A stretch of DNA of 64,000 bases from NCBI GenBank assembly GCA_030390025.1, contig CM059431.1:120964001-121028000 (forward strand). The letters run 5' to 3'. The first letter of the stretch is position 1. Every line of letters starts with the position of its first letter. This stretch comes from Squalus acanthias. Lineage: Eukaryota. Position numbers and translations under genes: made by a program. The notes below the pieces were generated by a model. It was given only the letters and a program-made list of their open reading frames with translations. It was not told the DNA's origin and did no database searches. Shown piece by piece: positions 46,925 to 59,414 of the stretch.

Positions 46925-48519
46925 TGTAAGGGATTCTCTCCTGACCCTGCGTGTCTCGTAGCCTGTGAGATTCACGCGGCTCTGTGCAGCCTGTATGTCA
47001 GTGCGGGTCTAGGCCTGGTCTCCAGCCAGTCTGGGAACACTAGACACCCCTGTGAGTGGTTCGAATCACTCTCCCTTACGGTTCTAGACACTGGACTTAG
47101 ATGCGAGAGCAGTAATGGAGATAAAACTCATGTAGACTTGGTTTGAACGGTACGAAATGGAAAATCTTTATTGCATGATACTTAAAATTATGAAATACAT
47201 GTCATATGCACAGATTAATGACAGTACAATCTTACAAACAGTTATAATCACTCTTAGGGAAACGAGGAACGAACGGCACAACGTAAATAGGGCACACATT
47301 ACAAATATCCTTAATCTTTAACCCTCCCCTATCAATAGCTATCCTAAACTAGCTGCGTAGGATCCCGAGACTCATGCTCACCACTCGTAATAACTCGGAG
47401 AAATCCCGAATAGCTGATCGGATGTTTTTCACCGCAGCACCCACGTGTTGGTCAGGAGATCTCCTGGTCCCACTTGTTTACTGCTTTTGCTGCTCGGTCA
47501 GTCGGCTGGACCGTCCGCTGTAGTGAAGACCTCTGTTGGTTGGATACAAGGTATGGTGGAGCACCGTTGTCAATATCGCTGATACGATGTGTTTGCACAG
47601 TCCAGTTATCATCGATGCAATATGTCTTGTTAAAGAAGAAAACTTCCTGTCGAGAAGACTTGGCTGATCGACCTACAGGCGCGGTCGGGATCTACTGACC
47701 GTGGCGATGGATAAGGTCTTCTTCTCTTCTCCTCTCATCTCATCTCATCTCATCTCATCCCGGGCCTTCGGTTCCGCTGCCAGCTACCAACATAGGTCTT
47801 TGCAACAGTCTTTTACACAGGAGCAGCCACGATGATAACAGCAACAAGCGGCAAGAGTCAAGAACACGAGGCAAGAGCAAGAGCAAGAGGCCAGAGAGCG
47901 AATGGACGGTTTGGGGCCTGCAATTATAGTGCACAGTTCTTCCGTTTCCCGCCCAACTACAATGTCCATTCTTTTGTTTACGGTTTGGCGCCCAAAATGT
48001 CCTGTATGGGTGATCTCCGTCCTTAATGGGTTTCGGGGCTACTCATGAATGTTTGAGTACCTGCTAATATTTCTCCCATTGTTAAATCGGTCGGTGTTCC
48101 CCCTGGAGGGGTTTGGGGCTTCCAAGTGTCCTGTATAACTACCTGCTAACGGCTCTCTCATCGTAGAGCCGTTGGGAGTTTACATATTAATGTCCTTTGG
48201 ATGGGCCCTTGATGGCTTTCCTTTGTACCTGGGAGACCGATCCCAGTATCGATGTTTATACTGTAAACCCATAATGTCCTGTGTATTGTCTTCACTGTGC
48301 TGAATCGTTATCGATCCTGCAAAAATGTTTATTGGAACGCCATCTTGTCTGCCTGCTGAAAAGTCTAGAATGTTCTGTCACGAGGTGCGGCGGCCATTTT
48401 ACAGGCTGCTTGTGTCCAATTTAAACCTGACAGCATTCCGCTGAAATAAAAGCTGTTTTGAACGAAACTTTGTGTTTTCTCCTCATTAAAATGAAATCGC
48501 GATAATTGCGAATTCTACA
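46925..48519 (-). repeat. 5' LTR (TATA-like 47923-47928, splice donor 47381, AATAAA 47167-47172)
   Basis: Direct repeat of 39271-40865, followed by the PBS on the minus strand. Confidence 0.95.
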
Positions 48520-50350
48520 GGAGCCAATCAGAGAAGGGAATCTCCCTTCATACATTTGACAGGAAAACCTGTCAAATATATGAATGGAAATCACCCCCAA
48601 AACATAATAAAACTTTAAATACATTTTTTTAAAAATCACATTTTTAAAATGACTTTAAATTACATAAATTAAGTATTTTAAACAAAAGTTTTATTTTTGG
48701 AAAAAAATAATTTAAGTTTTTAACGGGGCTAAAAATAAACTTACCTTTCTTTAAAGTATTTTTATATGATAAATCAGTGGAAACATTGTTTTTTTACTTT
48801 TTTCAACTCTTATCCTGGTAAAAGCAAGCCTTACACCTGCTTTTACCAGGCGCAAGAATTGTAAATGTTTTCTGCGGGCGGAGGGTCTCCAAAAAACAGA
48901 ACTCTCCCCCCGCAGAGGCCCTGCTCCAGGGCAGCCGAAGGATCTGTCAAGAGCTTTCTTGACAGATTGGAAATGCCGGTTTCCAGCGCATGCGCAGTGC
49001 ATGCCTAAAACCGGCATTTCCGTTGGCCCTACGGGTGAGTACACAGCGCGTACACACCCGTAGGGAACGGAATTTCTGCCTCAGTATTATGTAGGGATGG
49101 CTCTTGAATCGCTTTAGACATGGGCAGGGATTTAACTCAGAGGCGGGGAAGGAGCAGGGCAGCTGAATTACGGTCAGGAAACCCGGGAGAATGAGTTTCC
49201 CTCAGGCTCTGCCGAATTTAACGGCAGGGCCTTGGAACACTTTCTTTTCTCTGTTGGCACCAGGCCACAGCCGGGGAGCAGAGAGGAGGGAGGGAGGGTT
49301 CGGAGGCCGGAGGGGAGTCGGGGGCCGGGGATCAGAGATCAGAGGCCGAGGGTGGAGGCTGGAGATCGGAGGCCGAGGGTGGAGGCTGGTGATCGGAGGC
49401 CGGATGGGGGTCGGGGGCCGGGGATCGGAGATCGGAGGCCTCGGGGGTGATGTCAGAGGCTGGGGCTGGGGGGGGGGGGAGGAGATCGGAGGCCTCATGG
49501 GGGAGATTGGAAGGGTCGCGGGGTGGTGGTGTCTGAGCGCGGTGGGGTGGGCGAGTCAGGTACGCTAGATGCAGCAGGTAAGTGGAAAGGGACTTACCTC
49601 CCGTATCCAACAGTCCTCGTCTTCCTTTCGTTGCCGGGCTCCCCAAGGCCAGGGAAACCCGGCCACCCAGACTTAAATCTAAAATGGTGTTTCGAAAAGA
49701 GGCACGCAGCCTCATTATAATATTTAAATGGTCAACCCGCCTCCTGGGAACGGGTTGGCCCCCCGGCCCCCCATCTCGCCTTCGTTCAAGCCAAAAGTTG
49801 GAAGCGTGTTGGGATCGGGATTCAGATTTCTAACACTGTAACTTCCCACCTGACCCCCACGCACCCATACATAGTACAAACCTTAGGCATGAAACCATTT
49901 CACTATCGCTCTCTTACTCGGGAGAAACGAAGAGCCCGGCTGCAAAGTTTGGAATTATCTGTGCAGAATGTGCAAGCAGAGCAGGTGTTTATTTTTCCTC
50001 ACTGAAACTGGGCTGTCATGGACCATTGGGGAGTGACTCGATGTGTGTGGTTTAGTTATTTTAACCCATTTCACACTAAATTGCTCATAATTTCAACATA
50101 AATTGGCAATATCACTCATGGCTGGGTTGGGAAATCGAAACATTTACAGATTAGAGGGAGCTGCTGACGCTGACCATGAGTGCTAAAAAATGGAAAGGAG
50201 TTCCCTTCTCCCATCCTGATATCCCTGACCTTGAAAAGCACAAAACAAAACAGATACAAAGGCCGCAATTATAACGATTTCCACGCTCCCCACCCCCACT
50301 GGTGGCAGAGGGTTGGACACGGGGGGATTGGAGTTGGGGTTAAAACATCA

Positions 50351-51055
50351 GGGGGGAAAAATTGGGTAGCACCCATTTTGGGGCGCTAAACTCGCCGGTG
50401 CGCTAATTTTAGTGCCCCGAAAAAATTAGTGCCTCTCCCCCGTAAATTCAGTAGTAGTGCCCCAAGAAGGAGGTGAAGCACTACTGGAAGCCCTCCACCT
50501 CCTTCTTGGGGTGCTACTACTCAATGTCGCGGCGCTATGTACCGCCGCATCATTGCAGGCCTTCTCCCCTAATTAAAGGGGAGGGGCCTAGCGCTGTGCG
50601 CACCGGGGCTCTGCTGGACTACCGGGGAGCGGGGTGCCGTGGAAACAGCCCGGCACTCAAGAGGAGTGCGGGGCTGAGCGATCGCGGCCGGCTCCCCGCA
50701 TACAAATGTTAATGGTGGACAGGTGCTGGCAGTCGGCCAAAATAATAATGGCCGCCCGACAACTACCCTTTAAGTAGCGCTGCCACCCGCTACCGCTGCT
50801 GCAAAACCGCCCCCTGATCCTGTCGGTCCCATCGCCCAGCGATAGTTCAGGGGGCGCAAGAGAATTTGCGGACAGGGCGCAAATGGGGTGCAGTGCACGA
50901 CGATGGCGTCATCATTGCCGGCGCAGCGGAGCGGGGCGCTACCGGCTACCGCTAACTTCCCGCTGAATTTCACGGGAGTCGTTAGCGGCACCGCACCCGG
51001 GTGCTAGGGCATTTGCGCCCCGTTCGAGAGGTGCAAAGCAACCCAATTTCTTCCC
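50351..51055. mobile_element. Harbinger-derived MITE, nested in another MITE (about 50261-51406)
   Basis: TIRs GGGGGGAAAAATTGGGT / ACCCAATTTCTTCCC and TSD TCA; internal similarity to 21188-21870. Confidence 0.72.
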
Positions 51056-51530
51056 TCAGGATCGAGCAACCCGATCCCATTCCCGCCCCTATTAACTGGA
51101 AGTGAGGGGGAGGCCTGAGCTGTCGGCTGGCCGGCAGCTGATCTAGGCAGGAGCCCCCGACTCCCAAAGGTAAGCGATAAAGCTTTGCTTTTGTAACACT
51201 CCTTGTCGGCCAGAAGGAGCAGGAGTCCTCCTCCGCCCCCGCCCCCCACCACCCCCTCCCATTCCCCCTCACTCCCAGGCCTCACAAGGAAGCCTTCAGC
51301 CTCCACCAACCACGATCTCTGCCCGGGGCCTTTTGCTCCCCTGGGGTTCTTCAGCCGATTTCAGCGTCCTCCGCATCCTTCCCGCCTCCCCGTTAATGTC
51401 AGGGCCAAAAACTCCGCAGCAGCTCATAGCTAGACACACAATAACATAGCAGAATTCGCTTTTTTTTCTGAACTATGTATATATTGTTGATAAATTATTG
51501 TACCTGTTTCAAACAGTCCAGTAATATATT

Positions 51531-52257
51531 GGGCCAAAAAATGATCCCGCTGCGCGAGAGTACGCACTGCGTACTCTCGCGTATTCTCTCTCCAATTGCC
51601 GGTTTTCTGCATGCCCTGCGCATGCGCTGAAAACCGGCACTTGGTCTTTGGAAAAGGGGGCGGTTCCTCGGTGCATCGCGTGCGCGCTACAGGCTGCGCG
51701 CACGCTATGCACTTAGTGCTTTGGACGCGCAGGTAAGGACGGAAGATTTTAGAAATGGAAAAAGGAGGAGTAAGACCCACTTTTAACAAGGTAAGTAGTG
51801 AATTAAGTATTTTTTTGAATTTTTTTTTTTAGAGACTTTAAAGACAGGTAAGTTTATTTTTATAACTTTTTAAAAGATTTTAAATTTTTTCAAAAATTTA
51901 ATTTTTTATTTAAAATGGTTAATTTATTTAACTATACTTATTTTATTAATGTGATGGTTTTTTTTTTATTTAATTGAGGTTTAGCTGTTATTTTGGGGGT
52001 GTGTAAGATTCATAGCTTTCACAGCACGTATGTGAAACTTATGAATGGAAGATGGTGTGCTGCCATTGGCTCTAACTGAGTCACGTGATCCCACAGCTCG
52101 CACGAATTCACTACGCCGGTGGGATACGCAAGCACTGCCCAGCTGATGTCTGGAACATCAAGTTCGTGCGAGCTGGATCTGAAAAAGCCAACGCGGAGTG
52201 AGAGATCGCGCCTGCTCCTTACCCCCGCGGGAACAGAGCGAGATCAATTTCTGGGCC
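51531..52257. mobile_element. Harbinger-type MITE
   Basis: TIRs GGGCCAAAAAATGATC / GATCAATTTCTGGGCC and TSD ATT. Confidence 0.7.
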
Positions 52258-55200
52258 ATTGTTTCGGACTTCTGCCTCCAGGCACTGTTATGCCTATTCT
52301 ATTTCATACCACCAAACAAACATCAAACACAAATTTTCATCCATTTGGTGATTACTTTAGCACTAATGTCCTTGAATAACATATGGGCACCATGGAGGAA
52401 ATAGTCGTATATGGCACAAAGGCTATTTGTTTACCACAATCAAAAATCAAGAATCAAAAATCTTATACATATTTATTTTTATTTATTTGCTATTTATGCA
52501 TGGCGAACACACCAATCCTTTGTGGAATATTGTGTATCACCTTAAAGACATCAAGATAATTTGCAGAGTCAGGCCCTTCACTGCAAAAGAAATGTATTGC
52601 ACCAGATGCAGAAAGGGACAGTAATACCTTAATTTATATCATGTGTGGCAAAATACATTTGGACAAGAAACATGAGAAGTCATTTTTGCTGGAATATAGA
52701 TCTTGGTCAATTTTTAAAATATATTTTATTTTCTGCACATCCTTGGCCTTTTCTGATTCAGGGTGAGGCACTATTCTGCTCTCGGGCTTCTGCCAATGCC
52801 ACCCATGAGTTGGTTTCTGGCAGGTGAGTCAGCCATGAAGGTGACTCAGCCTCTTTCTATCTTCCCTCGTCTCCCGTGGGAAGTAAATAATCTCCACTTC
52901 CACATCCCTTGCCAGCTCCTCAACAGGCAAGATTTTAAAACGTGACATGTGACAGACATAAGCCAATTTTCTATCACTGTTAGATACAGTCTGCTGGACT
53001 GCCAGCATATTTATCATCATGATACCTGGTGGAAACAGTTTATAATGATTACAAGGATGAATTGCGATGCTTCATTGATAGAAATAATTCTTGTAAGTAA
53101 ATGTGCGCTAAGAGAGAAGTTTAACATGGAAGATTTGTTTCAGTTTACTAATTAGACCAGTTTCATCAGTGTGACAGTGCTGTTATCAGGGTTCATAATA
53201 TACTTTGCACACACTGATTCCTTACTCTGCTACTTTAGCAGATGCATTAACCCATTTAACATAAGGGTGTTAACACCAGTAAAAGTATTGGAAAGAGGAA
53301 TTTCAGATAAAAGTTTGTAACATTTCTGTTATTTTCAAGGTCATAATGATAAAAGCATGTACTTGCATCACTTTCTATTTTGGCTTTTCATACATTTTCT
53401 TAATAATTAGTAATTCTAGCATACTGTAATCGTACTCGTTCCATCAGCATCCTGTCATTATTTCCAAATGAAATAGTCAACAGCATAATGACTGAAAAGC
53501 AAGATAGGTTATTGGATTCCAGCTTTTGATTATTATTAACTTCTTACGGAGCTACTTAAAAATGATTGCTTTGTAACACATGAGCCTTTCTAAATATATT
53601 AAAAGAAAAATCTAAATGAAGTTGGATTTTCTTCTCACTGGGTATCGAAATGTTATGGCACAGATAATAATGGAATAAGATTTACAATTCCACCATGTCA
53701 TATTATGTCTCAGTTTTGAAAAGATCAATTATATTACATAACTGGCCTTAACATAACAAGTGTATATGTGATTTCTGTAATAAGTACTGCAATAAAAATA
53801 TACATAGAAATGAATAGCTGATTAAAATGAATCACAAGGGTTCCCGATTCAGAGTGAAGTTAAAGCATTACAACACTGTCCTTTCTACAACACTCTTCTG
53901 TCTCACTATCTCAAATCCTATTTTTCCCTTTCTCTTTTAATTATATTTTATTACTATTTAATTCAGGTAAGTTTTCCATTTCTAGCCCAACGAGTAACTT
54001 TAACCTTACTCACCGGACGGGGAACCCGGTGGAACGTTTTCACAAGCACATTGGAAATATTTGGTACGTTAATATTTGGAAGCAATAGATCATACCATAT
54101 GCATATCTTTATATCTCTATTATATAGTTGTGTGATATAACATAGGAGTTTGTTCCAAAGCTCTAGCATGCCAGAGTTTCAAAATCACAGTAAATATTGC
54201 TATGTAAACCTGTTGCTCGTTTAAACCTAGCAATATACGATGAATTTAACCTTATATGTAACAGTACATGGCTGGCAGTTTTTCTTCAAAGAAAACAAGT
54301 GCACTATTAGGAAAATAAAGAATAGCAGAATGTCCCATTGATTCACCATCTGTAAGAATGGAATTTAAGAATTCCATTACAGCATTGCACTTTTCACTTC
54401 TACTATAAGCTTAAGTATTGATGTGTAAACCTTTTGGCTGATTGTAGTAGTTCATCCTTGCCCAGTTTAGCCTTTCCTTCCCTTAGCTATTATAAGTAGT
54501 GCTTTACATTGTATGCCACAGCCACCAAAATGAAATGCTGGTGACATTTTGTGCCTTGTGATAAGGATGGTTTGCGAAGCCAAGAACAAAATGAATATGT
54601 TGACTCTCCAAGCAGATAACTTAGTTCAGGCATATAATTAATGTTCACAGAAATAATAAACCTGTGTTTATTTTAGCAAGTAATCCAGAATGATCAAGCA
54701 ACACCCTACATGCAAAACCAAATCGATCGCTGCTGAGCTAGCTGATCCCAGGCTACATTTGGCCTGAGTGTCCCTGTGCGAGGGAGGAGAACATCAGTCA
54801 GGCTTCCAGTTCCTGGCCTTTGCTAGAAAATGCTCAGATATGGATGTCTATTGAGAATGGAATTGGCTCAACTGCAATACATGCCATGATAAAGTAGCTT
54901 GCCAATACTCTGCCCAGGCGTGCACTGAACATTGGCCACTTTGGTAAGGACCAACAACCAATCAGCAAAGAGTCAATGCCATCAGGAGGGAAGGACGGTT
55001 GGGGAGAATATTAAAGGAAAAAGAAGGAAGAAAAATTGCTTCCCAGAAACAACAATGAGGGCCAACTACAACCTACATATTCAACAGATGCTGCCCAAGC
55101 TAAGTGCAGTATTCTGCACAAAAGCAAAATACACAGATGCTGGATATCTGAAATAAAAACAGAAAATGTTGGAAATACTCAGCAGGTCAGGCAGCATCTG

Positions 55201-55270
55201 TGGAGAGAGAAACAGAGTTGATGTTTCAAGAAAAAATGGGGGCAGAGGTTATGATCTGAAATTGTTGAAC

Positions 55271-56964
55271 TGTAAGGGGTTGTGTGTGTCGTGCTTGTAT
55301 CGCAGGCGGTGCTGGTGTGGGGTTAGGCCTTCGTTGCCTAATACTATTGCTTGCTCTGGTCTCCGGCCAGCCTTGTTGCAATAAGCACCTGTGAGTGGTT
55401 CGACCCACTCGCCCTTACGGTTCTGACACTGGACTTAGGTGCGAGAGCAGTAATGCAGAGAAAAACTCAAATAGACCCGGTTGAATAGTACGAAATGGAA
55501 ATCTTTATTGCATAGCGTCCAAGATCATGAAGTACATGTCATAGGCACAAATTAACGATAGTACAAGTATACATACATTCATAAAGCTTGGTCTATGGTA
55601 ATGAAGAACGCACGGCACATCGTAAAAAGGGGGACACATTATACTTTATCCTTAATAAAACCACCCTCCCTTATCAATACCTACACTACATCTAGATTTG
55701 TAGGATCGGGAAACATGCTCACCACTCGTGATACTTCGGAGAATTTTAAAGTGAGGCGCTCGGCTCGTTTCGCTGCAGCGCCTGACTGTCACGTGTTTGG
55801 AGGGGTCTCTGTACCCCACTTTTTTATCTTCGCTGATGCTACAAGCAGGCTGGGCTCCCCGTTGTCATGAAGAACTCGACAGTGCTCGGACCCGGCTGTA
55901 GAACTCAAAGAAAAGTCTTCCTGGACCGACACCAGTTGCCGGTAGAATTCAAAGAAGAGTCTTCCTGTATCGACACCAGTTGTCGATAAAATTCGAGGAA
56001 GAGTCTATTACCAGTTCGTGCAGTAACTGATAGAATTCGTATAAATTCGGCGCGGTCGGGGTTTACTGACCGCGGCGGCACGTGGATTCTTCTTCTTCTC
56101 TTCTCATCTCGTCTCGTCTCGTCTCTTCGGGTCTTCGGGTCCAAAACACCGTTTACCGACACTCGGGATGATGCACCCGGCTACTCGCCCTTCGTCGAGG
56201 CGGCTCGTTCCGATTGAGCTCCACCAACATTCGAATAACCGTCCAGTGCGGCTAAAAGTCCAGAGTCAACAGTCCAGAGAAACAAGAGCACGAATCAAGC
56301 GAATAAGGGTCGAATCAAGAGCATCAGCCGAGATAAGAGAATAAGCCCCCGATGGACATTTGTTGTCTATAGTTATAGTGCTGTGTTCCCTTATCTCCTG
56401 CTCAAATCTTAATGTTTGTCCTTTGTGAAATATTGGCGCTCAAAACTCCCAGCATGGGGTGATTCTTGTCTTTAACGGGTTTCGGTAGCACCTGAGACTG
56501 GCCGACTACCCGTTAATGATTTCCCCATTGTCGAACCGGCTAGGAGCCTCCCTGGCTGGGTTTTGGGGGCCCCCGAATACTTGTTCAATCACCCGAGAAT
56601 GGCTCTCTCATTGTAGAGCCGTGGGGGTATTTGCGTATTGATGTGTCTGGATGGGCCTTCGATTGCCCAGTACAATGGTCCTTACTTGTGCATGGAAAAC
56701 GATTCCAGCACTCATATCTTTTGCTATTGTCACAAATGCAAACAGGTTGCATCCTGTCTTTATCAGTGTTTATCGAAAATGTTTATTCGAACGCCATCTT
56801 GTCTGCCCACTGTACTTCTAGAAACTTCTGCCACGATGCGCGGTGGCCATTTTACAGGCTTCTGTGTCTTGTTTAATCATGACAGCATTTTGTTTAAATA
56901 AACTGATCAAACGAATCTGCTTCTATCTCGTTATTTCGAATCGCGATAATTGCGAAACTTTACA
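55271..56964 (-). mobile_element. Solo LTR (1694 bp) of a family related to 39271-48519
   Basis: TGTAAGGG...TTTACA with TSD GAAC (55267-70, 56965-68). Shares many colinear blocks with the 1595-bp LTR. Confidence 0.92.
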
Positions 56965-57263
56965 GAACTCAATGTTGAGTCCAGAAGGCTGTAAAGTGCC
57001 TAATCGAAAGATGAGGTGCTGTTCCTCGAATTTCTTCGGACAGCAGGTGTTGATTCTGCCATTCCCATTTACACCTCTTCTAGACCCATCTTTTGTTTCT
57101 TTACTTGTCCCATTACCATCTCCTTTTGCCTTGCATCCCTTTTGTCACTTAATCTCTCCTGCCTTCCACCCTGCCACAGACCTTCCCTTTTATTCTTTCC
57201 TCCCATCCCCCCTTTCCTTGCCTCTATACCTGCTTAAAACCTGTTAGATCTGTACCGTTTTCC

Positions 57264-57300
57264 AGTTCTGATGAAAGGTCATCGACCTGAAACATTAACT
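57264..57300 (+). ncRNA. Minimal hammerhead ribozyme motif (Penelope type), probably mutated
   Basis: AGTT CTGATGA AAGGTC-ATC-GACCT GAAA CATT AACT. Confidence 0.6.
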
Positions 57301-59414
57301 CTGTTTCTCTTTCCACAGATGCTGCCTGACCTGCTGAGTATTTCCAGCATTTTTTGTTTTTATTGCAGTATTCTGTTGGTTGTTTGCATGGTGTATGTGC
57401 CCCATCAATTACTCCAGCTGTTTTCAGTGGGCCACATTGTTGTTCAGATCTCATGGAGTTGCTTTGAAGCCGCATGGCTGAGAGGTATTCTGCTGAATAT
57501 AATTTGAACATGGGAATCATTGCACAGAAGATTTTAAGTGTTCCTTGATGGACAACCGTACATACTTAGGGAGCACATTGCTATTCCTATCCAAACCTCC
57601 CCAAGTTGTTTCACTGTCTAAGTGAATTACGTTGTTATGTGCCTGTGTCAACAGAATTAAAAATAACTGTCATAGTGTACAAAATCTAGGTTGTAATTAT
57701 CTTGGCTAACACTGAGGAATACATGTTCTTTCCCAAATTCATTCTGAAAGGTTCAAATGTCAGGAGACACAGACTGAAAATTAGGAAAACAATTTAAATG
57801 TAACCTCATTACTCAAAGGAGTAACTGAGTTTAATAAGTTAGCAGGGAAGTCCATTGGAGTGGATGCTCAAAAGGCAATTAGAAATGTATTAATGGAGAG
57901 ACGGGATGAAAGAATATGGTGAGAAGGGAGGAAAGTGGGGTTGATATATCCAAAAGGGACAGGATTGTTGGGCTTAATGTTCTTTTCCCATTCTTATAAA
58001 TTCTTATGTTCCTAACCCAAGAAAAATATTGTAAATGTAAAAAGAAAAGTTTTTTTGCAACTGAGAAACATTGCTAAGCGATACTTGCTCATTCTTTGCC
58101 TCCTTTGTATAGTGAAATCCTTGGATAGAATTTACTGCATAATGTGCTATTAACCTAGAGCCTGAGCAAACACCATCTTTGCTTGTCGAACCATCGATAA
58201 TCAAACTCTGCAAATCTTGGTTTGAAGGCAGTCCATTGGATGACATCATTAGAAACTGGCGCATTGAAAGATGTTGTCGCACAGCTGTGTACACATAGTG
58301 CACAAGCACACAGAATGAGAATATGTGGATTGGCAGTGGAGTTGCCCTTTTGAAAGGCGACAGTATAAACAGGGTCAAGCCATTGAGTACATCTTTTTCA
58401 GAATGGGTTTAAGCATAGAATTAGGTCAGGAGGAGCCAGTATTAATGACCTCAGTGTTCTCAAAAGTGAAAATAATGCAGTATTATAAACAGATGTACTA
58501 TTGATACAGACTTCAAACTATTAGACGTAATGCATATCTGACTGTCATAGAGTTATAGAGTTATACAGCACAGAAAGTATTTAATATAGATATTCTATGT
58601 ACTTATCTTTGAAGATTTACATATATCATGCAATTTTGTTTAACAGTCTCATATATTTCCTTTAACACTTTAACACTTTCCTGTCTTACATCACACTACT
58701 TCCATCAAACTTGTCTGTGCAGCCCCCATTGGCGGCCAAGCCTTCAGCTGTTTAGACTCAAATCTCTGGGTCCCGGATATTAACAGGGGTGGGTTACGTG
58801 CAGGGGATGGGGAGAGGTTTTAACTCCACAGCATGCGTCTTTTCTCCTTGACAGGTTGCATACCCGGAAGTCCTAATTGACAGGCTTGGGTTCCAGTCGG
58901 GTGGGTAGGACTTCGGAACAGGCCGCAGGCCGCAGGAGCAGGTAGATCCATTCCACGACCCGGGGGGGTTCCGATCCCCAACCCCGGGTGTCTTTTAATG
59001 GGAGGGGTCTGATTGGGGGGGAGCTTGTGGGGCCGGTTAAATCAGGTTAAATCGGAGGCTGCCAGCCTCATTAAAATAGTTAATTTTCCAACCCGCCTCC
59101 TGGGAGTGGGATGGCTGCCCGCCCTTGACCCACCTCTGTTAAACCCGGAAGTGGACAGGCTAGAGGCGGGTTGTGGTCGGGCTTGAGATTATTAAAATTT
59201 TAACATCTGACCCAAAACCAAACCCAGCCATTTTGGGGATTAAAATTCACCCCTGGGCTTCCCTCTCGAAACTTCTCCACCTCTCCACCTCTCTCTCTCT
59301 CCCCTTTAAGACGCTCCTTAAAATTTACCTCTTTAAGCAAGTTTTCAGTTATCTGTCCGAAAATCTCTTTCTTTGGCTCAGTGTCAATTTTTGTCAGATT
59401 ACGCTCCTGATAGG

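Larger units (their letters stand above)
39271..48519 (-). mobile_element. Young LTR retroelement / endogenous retrovirus-like provirus with gag and F-type env but no pol
   Basis: Two 1595-bp TG...CA LTRs offset by 7654 bp, TSD GGAG (39267-70, 48520-23), PBS, PPT, and gag and env ORFs. Confidence 0.95.
39074..49082. mobile_element. Harbinger-type MITE (about 0.75 kb) split by the LTR element
   Basis: TIRs GGCCCAGAAATTCCGTTC / GAACGGAATTTCTGCCTC and TSD AGT (39071-73, 49083-85). Confidence 0.72.
55121..57364. mobile_element. Penelope-like element remnant with inverted terminal repeats, split by the solo LTR
   Basis: Inverted repeat of about 75 bp (55152-55228 vs 57288-57364). Reading the minus strand across the solo LTR gives EEQHLIFRLGTLQPSGLNIEFNNFRS*, resembling a Penelope GIY-YIG C-terminus. 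Confidence 0.75.

Noticed and set aside
49191..49715. Gly/Pro/Arg-rich ORFs, also at 32294-32943
   Set aside because: Translations of a low-complexity GC-skewed GATCGGAGGCC-type repeat inside MITE-like sequence.
58004..58400. Possible host coding exon
   Set aside because: Translations on both strands give no recognisable protein; it cannot be supported without a search.
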